In this document: positions 1 to 9,577 of the stretch, one piece after another | How positions within the stretch are numbered: the stretch's first letter is position 1 | Layout: every line of letters begins with the position of its first letter | Program-made: the position numbers and the translations under genes | Notes under the pieces: model-generated | The model's database searches: none | What the model was told of the DNA's origin: nothing | Seen by the model: the letters and a program-made list of their open reading frames with translations, nothing else | From: Gammaproteobacteria bacterium | Lineage (GTDB): Bacteria > Pseudomonadota > Gammaproteobacteria > G965209235 | Length of the DNA: 64,000 bases | Reading direction: 5' to 3' | NCBI GenBank assembly: GCA_965209235.1 | Contig: OZ242382.1 | Location: 1,263,010-1,327,009, forward strand

Positions 1-1712
1 TGAGCGTGAGTGGTTGGGTGCAACGGCGCCGCGATCACGGTGGCGTGATTTTCTTGGACGTCAGGGACCCAAGCGGGCTGGTGCAAGCGGTGGTCAATCC
101 TGACGATGAAGCGGCGTTTGCTGTGGCGGATGCGTGCCGAAACGAGTATGTCATTCGCGTGACAGGTGGATTAAGGGCGCGTCCCGAGGGAACCGTCAAT
201 CGTGAGCTTGCCACGGGAGAGGTTGAGATTGTGGCTCATGAAGTCGAGATGTTATCACGTTCCGAACCACTGCCTTTTGCCATTGATGGTAAGGACGAAC
301 CGAGTGAAGAGGTCAGGCTTCGGTATCGTTATCTCGATTTGCGCCGATCTGAGATGAACCAGAGGTTGCGCGAACGCGCGGCCATTTCTCGGGAAGTACG
401 TCACTTCCTTGAAACCCAAGAATGCATTGAAGTTGAGACGCCAATCTTGACTCAGTCAACGCCGTCCGGCGCTCGTGACTACTTGGTGCCCAGCCGTATT
501 CATCATGGACATGCTTTCGCGCTACCGCAGTCACCTCAGTTGTTTAAGCAACTGCTGATGATTGGGGGGATCGGGCGGTACTATCAGATCGCGCGGTGTT
601 TCAGGGATGAAGATCCTCGCGCAGACCGTCAGCCCGACTTCACGCAGATTGACATTGAGTTGTCGTTTGTGAATCAAACCGAGATCCAACAGCTCGGTGA
701 GGGGTTGATCCGCCATCTTTTCAAAACGAGATTGGGGGTTGAGTTTGGCGCGTGGCCGACTCTTCCGTACAGCGAAGCGATGGAGCTCTATGGCACGGAT
801 GCGCCAGACCTGCGTAACCCATTGAAGTTGGTGGAAGTCAAGGATCTCATGGCGAACGAAGAGTTCGTGGTGTTCGCTCGCCCCGCCAAAGACCCGAATT
901 CCAGAGTCTGTGTGATGCGGGCACCCGGAGAGCTTCTCACGCGCTCGCGGATTGATGCCTACACCAAATTCGTGCAAACCTTTGGTGCCAAGGGGTTGGC
1001 ATGGATGCGTGTTGAAAGCGCCGATCCGGCTGATGTCAAGGTGCAGTCACCGATTGCCAAGTTCCTTTCGAAAGAGGCCATCGAAGGCGTCGTTGCAAAG
1101 GCTGAAGCTCAAGACGGCGATGTCCTGTTCTTTGGGGCAGGCCCAAGCGCCATCGTCTGCGACTCGATGGCGCGGTTACGCGATGCTATTGCGGAAGACT
1201 TGTCGTTATTGACCTGCGAGTGGGCTCCGGTTTGGATTGTGGACTTTCCGCTGTTTGAAAAGAATGGCGAGGGTCGCGTGACATCGTGTCACCACCCGTT
1301 CACGGCGCCGCAAGGCGAGATGGACGGTTTGATGTCCGGTGTCTTCCCATATGTCGCGCAAGCCTACGATATTGTGTTGAACGGAAGTGAGCTCGGCGGC
1401 GGTTCCATTCGTATCCATGACCAGCCAACTCAAGCCAAAGTGTTTGAACTGCTCGGCATGGATGAGGCACAAGCCAAGGATCAGTTCGGCGCGTTGATGT
1501 CAGCCTTGAAATTCGGGACCCCACCGCATGGTGGCATCGCATTTGGACTCGACCGCATTGTGTCTCAGATGACGGGCGCCACGAGTATTCGGGACGTGAT
1601 TGCGTTTCCCAAAACGCAAAGCGGGACGTGCTTGCTCACCCGCGCCCCAAGCCCGATCGATCCTGATGTGTGGAGTGACTATGGTTTAAAACCGAGAGTT
1701 CCTCCCGCCTAG
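1..1712 (+). CDS. aspS: Aspartyl-tRNA synthetase, 5'-truncated by window edge (about 20 N-terminal residues missing)
   Basis: The ORF is open to the window edge. It aligns along its whole length with class II AspRS (GWVQRRRDHGGVIFLDVRD, FRDEDPRADRQPDFTQID, GGGSIRIH, AFGLDR motifs). Confidence 0.95.
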   Translation, partial: SVSGWVQRRRDHGGVIFLDVRDPSGLVQAVVNPDDEAAFAVADACRNEYVIRVTGGLRARPEGTVNRELATGEVEIVAHEVEMLSRSEPLPFAIDGKDEPSEEVRLRYRYLDLRRSEMNQRLRERAAISREVRHFLETQECIEVETPILTQSTPSGARDYLVPSRIHHGHAFALPQSPQLFKQLLMIGGIGRYYQIARCFRDEDPRADRQPDFTQIDIELSFVNQTEIQQLGEGLIRHLFKTRLGVEFGAWPTLPYSEAMELYGTDAPDLRNPLKLVEVKDLMANEEFVVFARPAKDPNSRVCVMRAPGELLTRSRIDAYTKFVQTFGAKGLAWMRVESADPADVKVQSPIAKFLSKEAIEGVVAKAEAQDGDVLFFGAGPSAIVCDSMARLRDAIAEDLSLLTCEWAPVWIVDFPLFEKNGEGRVTSCHHPFTAPQGEMDGLMSGVFPYVAQAYDIVLNGSELGGGSIRIHDQPTQAKVFELLGMDEAQAKDQFGALMSALKFGTPPHGGIAFGLDRIVSQMTGATSIRDVIAFPKTQSGTCLLTRAPSPIDPDVWSDYGLKPRVPPA

Positions 1713-1761
1713 ATTGAGGCGCCGCGCGCGGCTGCGTGCAGCTTGACACAGCGGCGCGTCA

Positions 1762-1781
1762 TGTGAATCCTAGAATTCACA
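1762..1781. repeat. Inverted repeat TGTGAAT-N6-ATTCACA in the aspS-yebC spacer, 14 nt downstream of a TTGACA hexamer (1743-1748)
   Basis: Read directly: tgtgaat cctaga attcaca. Function unknown; it may be an operator or hairpin upstream of yebC. Confidence 0.6.
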
Positions 1782-1805
1782 GTAGCAACCGCTTCTGATG
1801 TGTTT

Positions 1806-2528
1806 ATGGCCGGCCATTCCAAATGGGCGAATATCAAGCACAAGAAGGCCGCTGAAGATAAGAAGCGGGCCAAGGTGTTTGGTCGTTCGATTCGTGAGAT
1901 CACGGTCGCGGCGCGTGACGGTGGCCCGGATCCGGGCAGTAACCCGAAATTGCGCTTGGCTCTCGCCAAGGCTCAGGCCGTCAATTTGCCGCGGCCGTCT
2001 TTAGAACGAGCCATCGAGCGCGGGTCAGGCAACGCAGAGATGGACACGGTGACGGAGGTGCGCTACGAAGGCTACGGTCCCGGCGGCGTGCAAGTGATGG
2101 TGGAAGCCGAGACCGACAACAAGAATCGCACCGTGGCCGCTGTTCGGTCGGTGTTTACCAAGTTTCGTTGTGATCTTGGAACCGATAACTGCGTGGCCTA
2201 CAACTTTCGAAACAAGGGCCGTTGCGTGATCGAACATCGTGCAGACGGGATGGACGACGCATTGGAGCTTGCCATGACCGTTGGCGCAGATGACTGCGAT
2301 GAAGACGGCGAAGCATTGCTGTTGTGGTGTGAAGGCACGCGACTGGCAGAACTGCACCGCAACCTTGAAGAGGAAAAAGCCACGATTTTGGACGTCGCAT
2401 TGCTATGGGAACCCGTGGACCGTGTGTCGGTGGACGGCGAAGTCGCTGATAAGGCCCAGAAATTCATTGATGCCCTTGAGAACCTTGATGACGTCACCGT
2501 CGTATGGGATAACCGGCAGATTGCGTAG
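1806..2528 (+). CDS. yebC: YebC/PmpR family DNA-binding transcriptional regulator
   Basis: The N-terminus MAGHSKWANIKHKKAAEDKKRAK is the family signature. Position upstream of ruvC is conserved. Confidence 0.9.
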   Translation: MAGHSKWANIKHKKAAEDKKRAKVFGRSIREITVAARDGGPDPGSNPKLRLALAKAQAVNLPRPSLERAIERGSGNAEMDTVTEVRYEGYGPGGVQVMVEAETDNKNRTVAAVRSVFTKFRCDLGTDNCVAYNFRNKGRCVIEHRADGMDDALELAMTVGADDCDEDGEALLLWCEGTRLAELHRNLEEEKATILDVALLWEPVDRVSVDGEVADKAQKFIDALENLDDVTVVWDNRQIA

Positions 2529-2550
2529 TTCGCCGCCGCGATCTGAGGGG

Positions 2551-3090
2551 TTGATTCTGGGCATCGACCCAGGTTCACGCGCCACGGGTTGGTCCGTCGT
2601 TCGGCTCACCACTAACCAGCCCGATGTGGTTGCTTGTGGCGTGATCCGGCTCGATGGCCCTCATGGTGAACGCATTAGGGAAGTGGCGCAACGGATTGAC
2701 GAACTGGTGCAAAAGCATCAACCCGACTTGTGCGCTGTGGAAGACGGATATGTCGGCATTAATCCTCGGTCATCTTTGATCGTGGCTGAATACCGCGGTA
2801 TCGCATTGGGCATTGCGGCTTTGAGAGGCGTCGCGGTTGCGACCAAATCGCCAGCCGAAGTCAAGCGCGCTTGCGGCGTATCTGGGCGCGCGACAAAGGT
2901 GGATGTGCGTAGTGCAGCGATCCAGGTCTGCGGCCTCACCAAGACGCCGCCGATGGATGCGGCCGATGCTATTGCTGTCGCTCTCGCGGCCGGCTTCGCG
3001 CATGCTCTTCCGGGACAGGCAGCCAACCCAACGGCAACTGCTCATCGGCGTCATAGCCGCCCATCTGCGAGCCGGTTTGCAGGCTGGTGA
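2551..3090 (+). CDS. ruvC: Holliday junction resolvase RuvC (TTG start inferred)
   Basis: LILGIDPGSRATGW... is a RuvC N-terminal motif. The longer ORF from 2281 overlaps yebC and is not RuvC-like before residue 91. Confidence 0.85.
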   Translation: MILGIDPGSRATGWSVVRLTTNQPDVVACGVIRLDGPHGERIREVAQRIDELVQKHQPDLCAVEDGYVGINPRSSLIVAEYRGIALGIAALRGVAVATKSPAEVKRACGVSGRATKVDVRSAAIQVCGLTKTPPMDAADAIAVALAAGFAHALPGQAANPTATAHRRHSRPSASRFAGW

Positions 3091-3695
3091 TTGGTTCCAT
3101 CACCGGGTGCGTGGTAGATATCGCACCACCGATGCTCGTGTTAGACGCCCGCGGGGTGGGATATGAAATCTTGGCGACATCAGACGTCCTTGAAGCGGCA
3201 TCGGCGAAGCGAGCGCAGGATCCACAGGCCAAAGTCACAGTCGTAACACACCTCGTGGTGCGCGACGACGCGTGGATGCTGTACGGTTTTCGAACCCGGG
3301 GCTCACGTCTCATCTTCCGCGCACTGTTGAAAGTGCAGTCTGTCGGACCGAAAGTTGCCTTGAATGTCATGAGCGTGTACCGCGACCGGCAGTTGCTGGA
3401 CATCCTGCGTGTCGGTGATGTGGCGCTGGTGCAGCGCGTCCCAGGTGTTGGCGCCAAAATGGCGAAGCGGATTGTGGCCGAGGTGCCCGATCACTTGGCC
3501 AAAGTGTCGTCAGAGTTGGCCGGCGTCACATCCCAAGATGTCGGAACCAGCGCGTCCGTGGTGAACGCACTCGAAGCCCTTGGCTTTGGTCTGGAAGAGT
3601 CGCGCCGGATGCTGGCCGCTGCATTGGCTGAACTCGGCCCTGATGCCAGCGATGAAGATGCGCTGCGCGTGGCGATCGCACGCGGCGCACCATGA
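3087..3695 (+). CDS. ruvA: Holliday junction branch migration protein RuvA
   Basis: MIGSITGCVVDIAPPMLVLDARGVGYEI is a typical RuvA OB-fold start. The GTG start overlaps the ruvC stop (GTGA). Confidence 0.9.
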   Translation: MIGSITGCVVDIAPPMLVLDARGVGYEILATSDVLEAASAKRAQDPQAKVTVVTHLVVRDDAWMLYGFRTRGSRLIFRALLKVQSVGPKVALNVMSVYRDRQLLDILRVGDVALVQRVPGVGAKMAKRIVAEVPDHLAKVSSELAGVTSQDVGTSASVVNALEALGFGLEESRRMLAAALAELGPDASDEDALRVAIARGAP

Positions 3696-4714
3696 ACCCA
3701 GAAGATCCACCGATCGAGGCGGTAGAAGAAGAAAGTCCTCTTCGCCCCTCGCGATTCGATGACTTTCAAGGTCAAACGGCCGTGATGCGACCACTCTCCG
3801 TGTACGTAGAAGCCGCATTAGAGCGTGAGAGTGCACTGGATCACGTCCTACTGACAGGGCCGCCGGGCTTAGGTAAAACGACGATTGCTCGGATGCTAGC
3901 GCAAGAACTCGGTGTGGATTACAAGGCGACAAGCGGCCCGCTGTTTGAAAGACCGGGAGATATCGCCGCCATCCTCACGCGCATGCAAGACCGATCAGTG
4001 TTGTTCATTGATGAAATTCACCGGATCGGCCGGCCGGTTGAAGAGTTGCTGTATGGCGCCATGGAAGATTTTCATGTGGATGTCATCGCAGGAAGCGGCC
4101 CGGCCGCCACCAGTATCAGGCTGTCGCTACCGCCGTTCACCCTTGTTGCCGCCACAACGCTTCCTGGCCGATTGGCTGCGCCCTTTCGGGACCGATTTGG
4201 GATCGTATCTCACTTATCTTTTTACAATGACGCCGATCTTGCGCAGATCGTGGCCCGGTCTGCCGGAATCCTGCGCGTCGACATTACCGACGAAGCAGCC
4301 TTGATTATTGCTCAGCGTTCGCGTGGTACTCCGCGCATTGCCAACGCACGGTTGCGTCGCGTGTGCGACTTCGCCCTTGTCGCTCGGGAACAGCAGCTGC
4401 ACGCCGACATCGTGAAGCATGCACTGGCGGAGATGGCGGTGGATCCTCTCGGTCTCGAGGACTTAGATCGACGGTATTTGAATGTGCTGTCCGAAGCCCG
4501 CAGCGGTCAACCGGTCGGCGTCGGAGCATTAGCCGCGGCGCTGAACGAAGAAGCCGCAACGCTTGAGGAGTTGGTGGAACCCTTCCTGCTCAGTCGTGGT
4601 CTGATTACAAGAACGGCTCGTGGTCGCATGATCACGCCAGCCGCGCGATCGCACATTGGCGTGGAACGTGGCCCACAAACGCAAATGTCTTTACCCCTTA
4701 AGTCCTCACACTAA
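3692..4714 (+). CDS. ruvB: Holliday junction ATP-dependent DNA helicase RuvB
   Basis: Walker A GPPGLGKTT, Walker B LFIDEIHR and the RuvB C-terminal winged helix are present. ATGA overlap with ruvA. Confidence 0.95.
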   Translation: MNPEDPPIEAVEEESPLRPSRFDDFQGQTAVMRPLSVYVEAALERESALDHVLLTGPPGLGKTTIARMLAQELGVDYKATSGPLFERPGDIAAILTRMQDRSVLFIDEIHRIGRPVEELLYGAMEDFHVDVIAGSGPAATSIRLSLPPFTLVAATTLPGRLAAPFRDRFGIVSHLSFYNDADLAQIVARSAGILRVDITDEAALIIAQRSRGTPRIANARLRRVCDFALVAREQQLHADIVKHALAEMAVDPLGLEDLDRRYLNVLSEARSGQPVGVGALAAALNEEAATLEELVEPFLLSRGLITRTARGRMITPAARSHIGVERGPQTQMSLPLKSSH

Positions 4715-4734
4715 CTCGGTTTAGGTTTAAACAT

Positions 4735-5463
4735 ATGGAAACATCCATCATTACGATTTTGGCAGAAGCCTCCATCGTCGTTCAAGGCGTTGTCGCGATT
4801 CTGCTGATCATGTCACTTGCTAGTTGGTACGTTATCGTAGAACGATCCATCATGCTGAGGCGCGCATTTAACGCAGATCGTGATTTCGAAGAAGATTTGT
4901 GGGCCGGCGGAGATTTGTCGGATCTTTACACTCAGGTGAAGAGCGATGAGCACCATATCGGGACTGCGCAAACAGCGTTTGTGGCGGGGTATGCGGAGTT
5001 TGAGCGTCAGCACAAAGATCAAACAGAGACGCAGTTGATGCTTGACGCGGTGCAGCGCCGTTTAAGAATCTGGCTCTCCCGTAGGGAAGGTGAACTCAGT
5101 CAGCCGCTGCCATTCTTGGCCATCGTCGCATCAAGTAGTCCCTACATCGGTTTGTTTGGAACCGTCTGGGGAATCATGGGAGCCTTCCAAGGTTTGTCGA
5201 ATGCTGCGCAAGCGACGCTTGCAAGTGTTGCCCCCGGTATCTCCGAAGCGTTGGTTGCGACAGCCGTGGGACTGTTTGCGGCCATTCCGGCTGTGATTGG
5301 ATACAACCGGCTCACAGCCAAGGTAAATGACATCATGACTGAGGCGTGGGCTTTTGCCGATGAGTTGACAGCGCTGCTGACGCGTCATCACGACACCATC
5401 CGTCGTGTGCGCGAGGCATCAGCGGCGAAAGCAAGCGCAGAAGCAGAGGCGAAATCCCCATGA
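4735..5463 (+). CDS. tolQ: Tol-Pal system protein TolQ (MotA/TolQ/ExbB proton channel)
   Basis: Three TM segments, the YIGLFGTVWGIM motif, and its position ahead of tolR-tolA-tolB-pal. Confidence 0.9.
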   Translation: METSIITILAEASIVVQGVVAILLIMSLASWYVIVERSIMLRRAFNADRDFEEDLWAGGDLSDLYTQVKSDEHHIGTAQTAFVAGYAEFERQHKDQTETQLMLDAVQRRLRIWLSRREGELSQPLPFLAIVASSSPYIGLFGTVWGIMGAFQGLSNAAQATLASVAPGISEALVATAVGLFAAIPAVIGYNRLTAKVNDIMTEAWAFADELTALLTRHHDTIRRVREASAAKASAEAEAKSP

Positions 5464-5915
5464 CCGGCGGAAGCGCAGATGGCCTGAGACCTCGGCCGAG
5501 ACGTGCGCTCTCGGCTGAAATCAACGTCGTGCCGTACATCGATGTGATGTTGGTATTGCTGGTCATCTTTATGGTGGTGACGCCGTTGATCGTGCAAGGT
5601 GTCGACGTCACATTGCCGCAGGTGTCAGCTGAGCAATTGCCGGTGGATCAAAATGCGGCTATCATCGTGACGGTCGATAAGTTTGGGGACTTTCATCTGG
5701 AATTTGGAGCACAAATTGCCAGTGCGGTCCCGTTAGAGCGACTGGTGTTGCGTGTTGCGAGTTTCCGGCGCAGCGATCCGTCGCGAGATCTATTGATTCG
5801 AGCAGACGGCGTCGTGCCGTACGCCACCGTCGCCGATTTGTTAGCGCGACTTCAAGCAGTCGGCGTGTACGACGTGAGTTTGGTAACGCAACCCGCTGAC
5901 GCACCGCAAAGCTGA
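5460..5915 (+). CDS. tolR: Tol-Pal system protein TolR (ExbD/TolR family)
   Basis: EINVVPYIDVMLVLLVIFMV is the conserved TM with Asp. ATGA overlap with tolQ. Confidence 0.85.
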   Translation: MTGGSADGLRPRPRRALSAEINVVPYIDVMLVLLVIFMVVTPLIVQGVDVTLPQVSAEQLPVDQNAAIIVTVDKFGDFHLEFGAQIASAVPLERLVLRVASFRRSDPSRDLLIRADGVVPYATVADLLARLQAVGVYDVSLVTQPADAPQS

Positions 5916-6604
5916 TGTCTATCACCATCGTTGATCGATGCGTTTCCTTGGGTATTACGGCCCTTGTTCATGCGGGCTTTGCATTGGCATTGCTCTCGGC
6001 TGTCGAGAATGACCCGCGTGATCGTTTAGGTCCGGCGCAAGTCGTGAAGGCGGTTAGTGCGCGGTTGGTCTCATCCTTGCCATCGCGATCGCCGCAAGCA
6101 CCGGGCGGTGCGACAAAAGCGTTTCATCATGTCGATGTTGATGCGATCCTGCAGTCACTCAAAGAGCTATCCAGCAAACCTGAGCGCAGCGAAACCGAGC
6201 GAGCGGAAGCACGGGAAGCCGCGCGTGCGAGGCGGTTGGCTGCGAGACGGCAATCGTTACGTGAGCAATTGGAGGCGGAAGTGACGCGCTCTGTGTCACG
6301 TGACGATACCGCTTTGCGGGATGCGTATGCCTCATTTATTCAGCAAGCCGCCATCTTGAGCTGGCGTAGGCCGCCGGGGTCCGTGGATGGCCTGGCCGCC
6401 GAGGTTGAGATTCAACTGGTGCCGTCGGGCAAAATCATTGCGGCGAAGCTGGTTCGCAGCAGTGGGAACCAAGTGTATGACCGTTCGGTCATGCAAGCGG
6501 CGCGTAGTATCCCGCAGTTGCGGGAATTCGAAGCGCTAGATGTTGGCCTATTTGATGAGTACTTCAGATTCGTCACTCTAGTGTTTCGTCCGGAGGACAC
6601 TTAA
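5915..6604 (+). CDS. tolA: Tol-Pal system protein TolA (short form)
   Basis: N-terminal TM, a charged Ala/Arg/Glu-rich helical region (AEAREAARARRLAARRQ), a C-terminal TolA-III-like domain, and synteny. TGATG overlap with tolR. Confidence 0.7.
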   Translation: MSITIVDRCVSLGITALVHAGFALALLSAVENDPRDRLGPAQVVKAVSARLVSSLPSRSPQAPGGATKAFHHVDVDAILQSLKELSSKPERSETERAEAREAARARRLAARRQSLREQLEAEVTRSVSRDDTALRDAYASFIQQAAILSWRRPPGSVDGLAAEVEIQLVPSGKIIAAKLVRSSGNQVYDRSVMQAARSIPQLREFEALDVGLFDEYFRFVTLVFRPEDT

Positions 6605-7932
6605 TGACATCACGGCTTATTCCTAAGTTACAACATCATAGATGGTCGATAACTGCCCTTGCTTTCTTGATTTCTGTGTTACCCACTCAAGCGTATGCTG
6701 AGATCGTCATTGAGGTGACAAAAGGAGCAGATGACCCTCTCACCATTGCGATTGTCCCATTCCTGTGGGAAGCCGATGAACTCGTTGAGGCTGATGTGGC
6801 AGACCTGCTTGCGCAAGATTTGGGCTTGTTTGGCGAGTTTCGCATCATTCCTCGCTCCGACATGCTGAGCCTTCCCGCCGCGCCGGATGAAGTGCTGTAC
6901 AGCGAGTGGAAGTTGATTGGCGCGAAGTTTCTCGTGGTTGGAAAAGTCCGCCCTCACGGCACGACGGGTGAGATTGAAGTGGATGCAGCCCTGCTTGATG
7001 TTGTGAATGAAGACCAAGTAACCCGTTCCATCATCCGTGGTTCAGGAGTCGATCCTGAACGGGTAGTACACGCACTGGCTGATCGCTTGTATCGCGATGC
7101 CTTAGGTGTGGCAGGGGTGTTCTCTACTCACTTGGCTTACGTGTCGCGCATCGAAGGAGTCGAGCGGCCGTACTCCCTTCATATAGGGGCAGTGTCTGGT
7201 GGGAATGACACGGTCGTGTTTTCGTCAGCAGACCCAATCCTGTCGCCTGACTGGTCGCCTGACGGGCGCCGGATCGCGTATGTCGTGATCGAGGAGGATC
7301 GGGGATCAGTCGTCTACATTCATGATCTGTATAGCGGACAGCGTGACGTGGTAGCGTCGTTTCCTGGCATCAACAGTGCGCCGAGCTGGTCTCCCGATGG
7401 CACGCGACTGGCGATGACACTGTCAAAAGACGGAAACACCGAGATCTACGTTCTTCATATAGAAGGGAAACGGTTTAGCCGTATGACCAATAACGAGGGG
7501 ATCGACACGGAGCCAACGTGGAGCCTCGACGGGGAGCACATCTTGTTCACGTCTGATCGGGACGGCGGTCCACAGCTCTTTACGCTACGCTTACGCGACC
7601 GGGAACTCAAACGCGTCACGAAGCGCGGGGGCTACAACGCTCGCGGACGGTATATCAATAACAAGGAAATCGTATATGTTCACCGGGAATCGGGTGAAAA
7701 CTACCGGGTGGCGAAATTGAATCTTGAAACGGGCGATCATCTGGTAATTTCCAATAATGCGCTGGACGAATCCCCGTGCGTATCTCCAAATGGGAATGTG
7801 GTGATCTATGCCTCTCGGGTCGGCAGCAGGGATGTGCTGGCGGGTCTGACGTTGCGCGGAAACGCGAGATTTATCTTGCCAACGAGACGCGGTAGCGTCC
7901 GTGAGCCCGATTGGTCGCCAGCGATTCGGTAG
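6604..7932 (+). CDS. tolB: Tol-Pal system periplasmic beta-propeller protein TolB
   Basis: Signal peptide, repeated SPDWSPDG / APSWSPDG / EPTWSLDG / EPDWSP propeller motifs, and synteny. TAATG overlap with tolA. Confidence 0.9.
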   Translation: MTSRLIPKLQHHRWSITALAFLISVLPTQAYAEIVIEVTKGADDPLTIAIVPFLWEADELVEADVADLLAQDLGLFGEFRIIPRSDMLSLPAAPDEVLYSEWKLIGAKFLVVGKVRPHGTTGEIEVDAALLDVVNEDQVTRSIIRGSGVDPERVVHALADRLYRDALGVAGVFSTHLAYVSRIEGVERPYSLHIGAVSGGNDTVVFSSADPILSPDWSPDGRRIAYVVIEEDRGSVVYIHDLYSGQRDVVASFPGINSAPSWSPDGTRLAMTLSKDGNTEIYVLHIEGKRFSRMTNNEGIDTEPTWSLDGEHILFTSDRDGGPQLFTLRLRDRELKRVTKRGGYNARGRYINNKEIVYVHRESGENYRVAKLNLETGDHLVISNNALDESPCVSPNGNVVIYASRVGSRDVLAGLTLRGNARFILPTRRGSVREPDWSPAIR

Positions 7933-8013
7933 CCTGCAGTCTGCGTGAATGCATACAATTGCGGCAACGCGACGCTCGCACGTGAGCGTGACCCACACGC
8001 CAACGAGGTAGAT

Positions 8014-8619
8014 ATGTTGCTGCAAAAGACCCCCAATGTCGGAAGATTGGCGGTGCTGTTCATCGTCCCATTTTTGGTGGCATGTGGTAGCGATGAGGCC
8101 GAAACTTCAAACACTGTTGAAAACGTCTCGTCTGAACGGCCGGTCGCCGACACGCGTGTATCAAACACTGCGCAGGTGTCACCGGCCGTAGCTCCTACGC
8201 GTGAGCAGCGCGTGACTGACGCTGACGTTCAGTCGGTGAGTGACACTGGTTTCCGCTCCTCAACGCGCGCCGAGCCTGTGGCGGCACTCAATACACGTTC
8301 AACGGTCTACTTCGACTTTGACAAGTCAGACATCAAGCCAGAGGCATTGGTGGCACTGGACCGGATCGTTGCTCGCGTCAAGGAAGACCTCACCACGCAG
8401 GTCCAAATCGAAGGTCACTGTGATGCTCGGGGTACCCGAGAGTACAACCTCGCTCTTGGTGAGCGCCGTGGATCAGCTGTTGCGGGTTACCTCGTCAGTC
8501 GTGGTGTTGCGAATTACCGAATCAAAGTTGTGAGCCGTGGAGAAGAGCAACTGGCGGCACTCGGTAATAACGAACGCGCTCACGCTCAAAACCGGCGCGC
8601 CGCGATTACTGTTAAGTAA
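8014..8619 (+). CDS. pal: Peptidoglycan-associated lipoprotein Pal (OmpA-like domain)
   Basis: Lipobox FLVAC. C-terminal OmpA domain (VYFDFDKSDIKPEA, GHCDARGTREYNLALGERR, NRRAAI). Lies directly after tolB. Confidence 0.85.
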   Translation: MLLQKTPNVGRLAVLFIVPFLVACGSDEAETSNTVENVSSERPVADTRVSNTAQVSPAVAPTREQRVTDADVQSVSDTGFRSSTRAEPVAALNTRSTVYFDFDKSDIKPEALVALDRIVARVKEDLTTQVQIEGHCDARGTREYNLALGERRGSAVAGYLVSRGVANYRIKVVSRGEEQLAALGNNERAHAQNRRAAITVK

Positions 8620-8629
8620 GACTGTTCTT

Positions 8630-9364
8630 GTGATCGCTGCATGGGTGAAGAGAGCGAATTGCATAAGCCGTTGGAGCGCGCTCGCACTTAGCATCGCGTG
8701 CGCCGTTCCCGTCGTCGAAGCTGCAAATGAACCAGAGTTCACGACCAAGGACGAGACTTTGAAAAGAACGCCCATGAATACAAAGCTCAAATACGTGCGT
8801 AAGTACCACAAAGACCACGGTGAGAGTCGCCCTCGGTTAGTTTGTGAAGGGGATGCTTGGCCCGCGTCGCTGACTGATCGCCAGGAAGACTTGGTGCGGT
8901 TTTTTGGGATTACGACTGACGAAACTGACAGCGGCTTGTTTACGTGCATTGTGTTACGGAAAGAAGCGTATGACGCGGAAGAAGATGGTGGCTGGAACGT
9001 CATCAGAGAACGCCTTGTTTTTCTTCCAAAAAAAGGCACGCTATATCTCGCCATCGTTGAGTTGCTCCTGAAGGAGGACACGTGGAAAGAGCGGTACGAC
9101 AGCTACTGGGGTAGATACGGTGACCCCGTGAACCTCGAAACTGGTCGGATCAGCCGGCCGAGCGACATTTCAGGCACTCAAACGTATGCATGGACGATTT
9201 ACCGGAGAGGTGCGCAACAGCGGATTTCTGGGCGCATCAGGCAACAGTCTCGCGAGATTGATCGTAGTATCATTTTGTATCCCGATAACACCGTGAAAGC
9301 CGGACAGCGGGTGGACTATCGCAAGGAACCGCTGATAGAGCGGTGGCAGCGCGACCAAGAGTAG
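8630..9364 (+). CDS. Hypothetical exported protein (orphan) inserted between two pal paralogs. GTG start inferred; the ORF from 8537 overlaps pal.
   Basis: Signal-peptide-like segment RWSALALSIACAVPVVEA/AN. I recognise no family motif. It looks more AT-rich than its flanks. A weak hairpin plus T6 lies downstream. Confidence 0.5.
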   Translation: MIAAWVKRANCISRWSALALSIACAVPVVEAANEPEFTTKDETLKRTPMNTKLKYVRKYHKDHGESRPRLVCEGDAWPASLTDRQEDLVRFFGITTDETDSGLFTCIVLRKEAYDAEEDGGWNVIRERLVFLPKKGTLYLAIVELLLKEDTWKERYDSYWGRYGDPVNLETGRISRPSDISGTQTYAWTIYRRGAQQRISGRIRQQSREIDRSIILYPDNTVKAGQRVDYRKEPLIERWQRDQE

Positions 9365-9368
9365 CGCA

Positions 9369-9408
9369 CGCCGATGGGTTCGAGAGAGAACATCACGGGC
9401 GATTTTTT
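9369..9408 (+). terminator. Candidate weak intrinsic terminator after the orphan gene
   Basis: cgccgatg ... catc(acg)ggcg forms an 8-bp stem with a 3-nt bulge and 14-nt loop, followed by aTTTTTT. Confidence 0.3.
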
Positions 9409-9577
9409 CGGCAGGTAATTCATGTGAACGCCTTCGATGCAAGGCTTCAGACGGACTGCCATTGCTGGTTGTCAAAAAGGTCTCTTAAACCTCGCGCGCT
9501 CGGAGAATCTATAATTCATCACAGATTGGACGGGCGCTTGTTTGCCTGTCAGGACCCAGCCCCTCGAGGGAGTAACA

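Noticed and set aside
1762-1781. Possible CRP site (TGTGA...TCACA).
   Set aside because: The spacing between the half-sites is 10 nt rather than the 6 nt of the CRP consensus. It is kept only as a generic inverted repeat.
2281-2550. N-terminal 90 codons of the ruvC ORF, overlapping yebC in another frame.
   Set aside because: Not RuvC-like. The RuvC signature begins at the TTG at 2551, and the region is fully explained by yebC.
8473-9081. 202-aa minus-strand ORF overlapping the pal 3' end and the orphan gene.
   Set aside because: Ser-rich, with no motifs, and it would overlap the well-supported pal C-terminus. The plus-strand reading has a signal peptide and fits the operon direction.
9469-9515. 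TTGTCA (9469-9474) and TATAAT (9510-9515) as a promoter for pal2-cpoB.
   Set aside because: The hexamers are 35 nt apart, and no acceptable -35 lies 17 nt upstream of the TATAAT. It remains only a possible -10.
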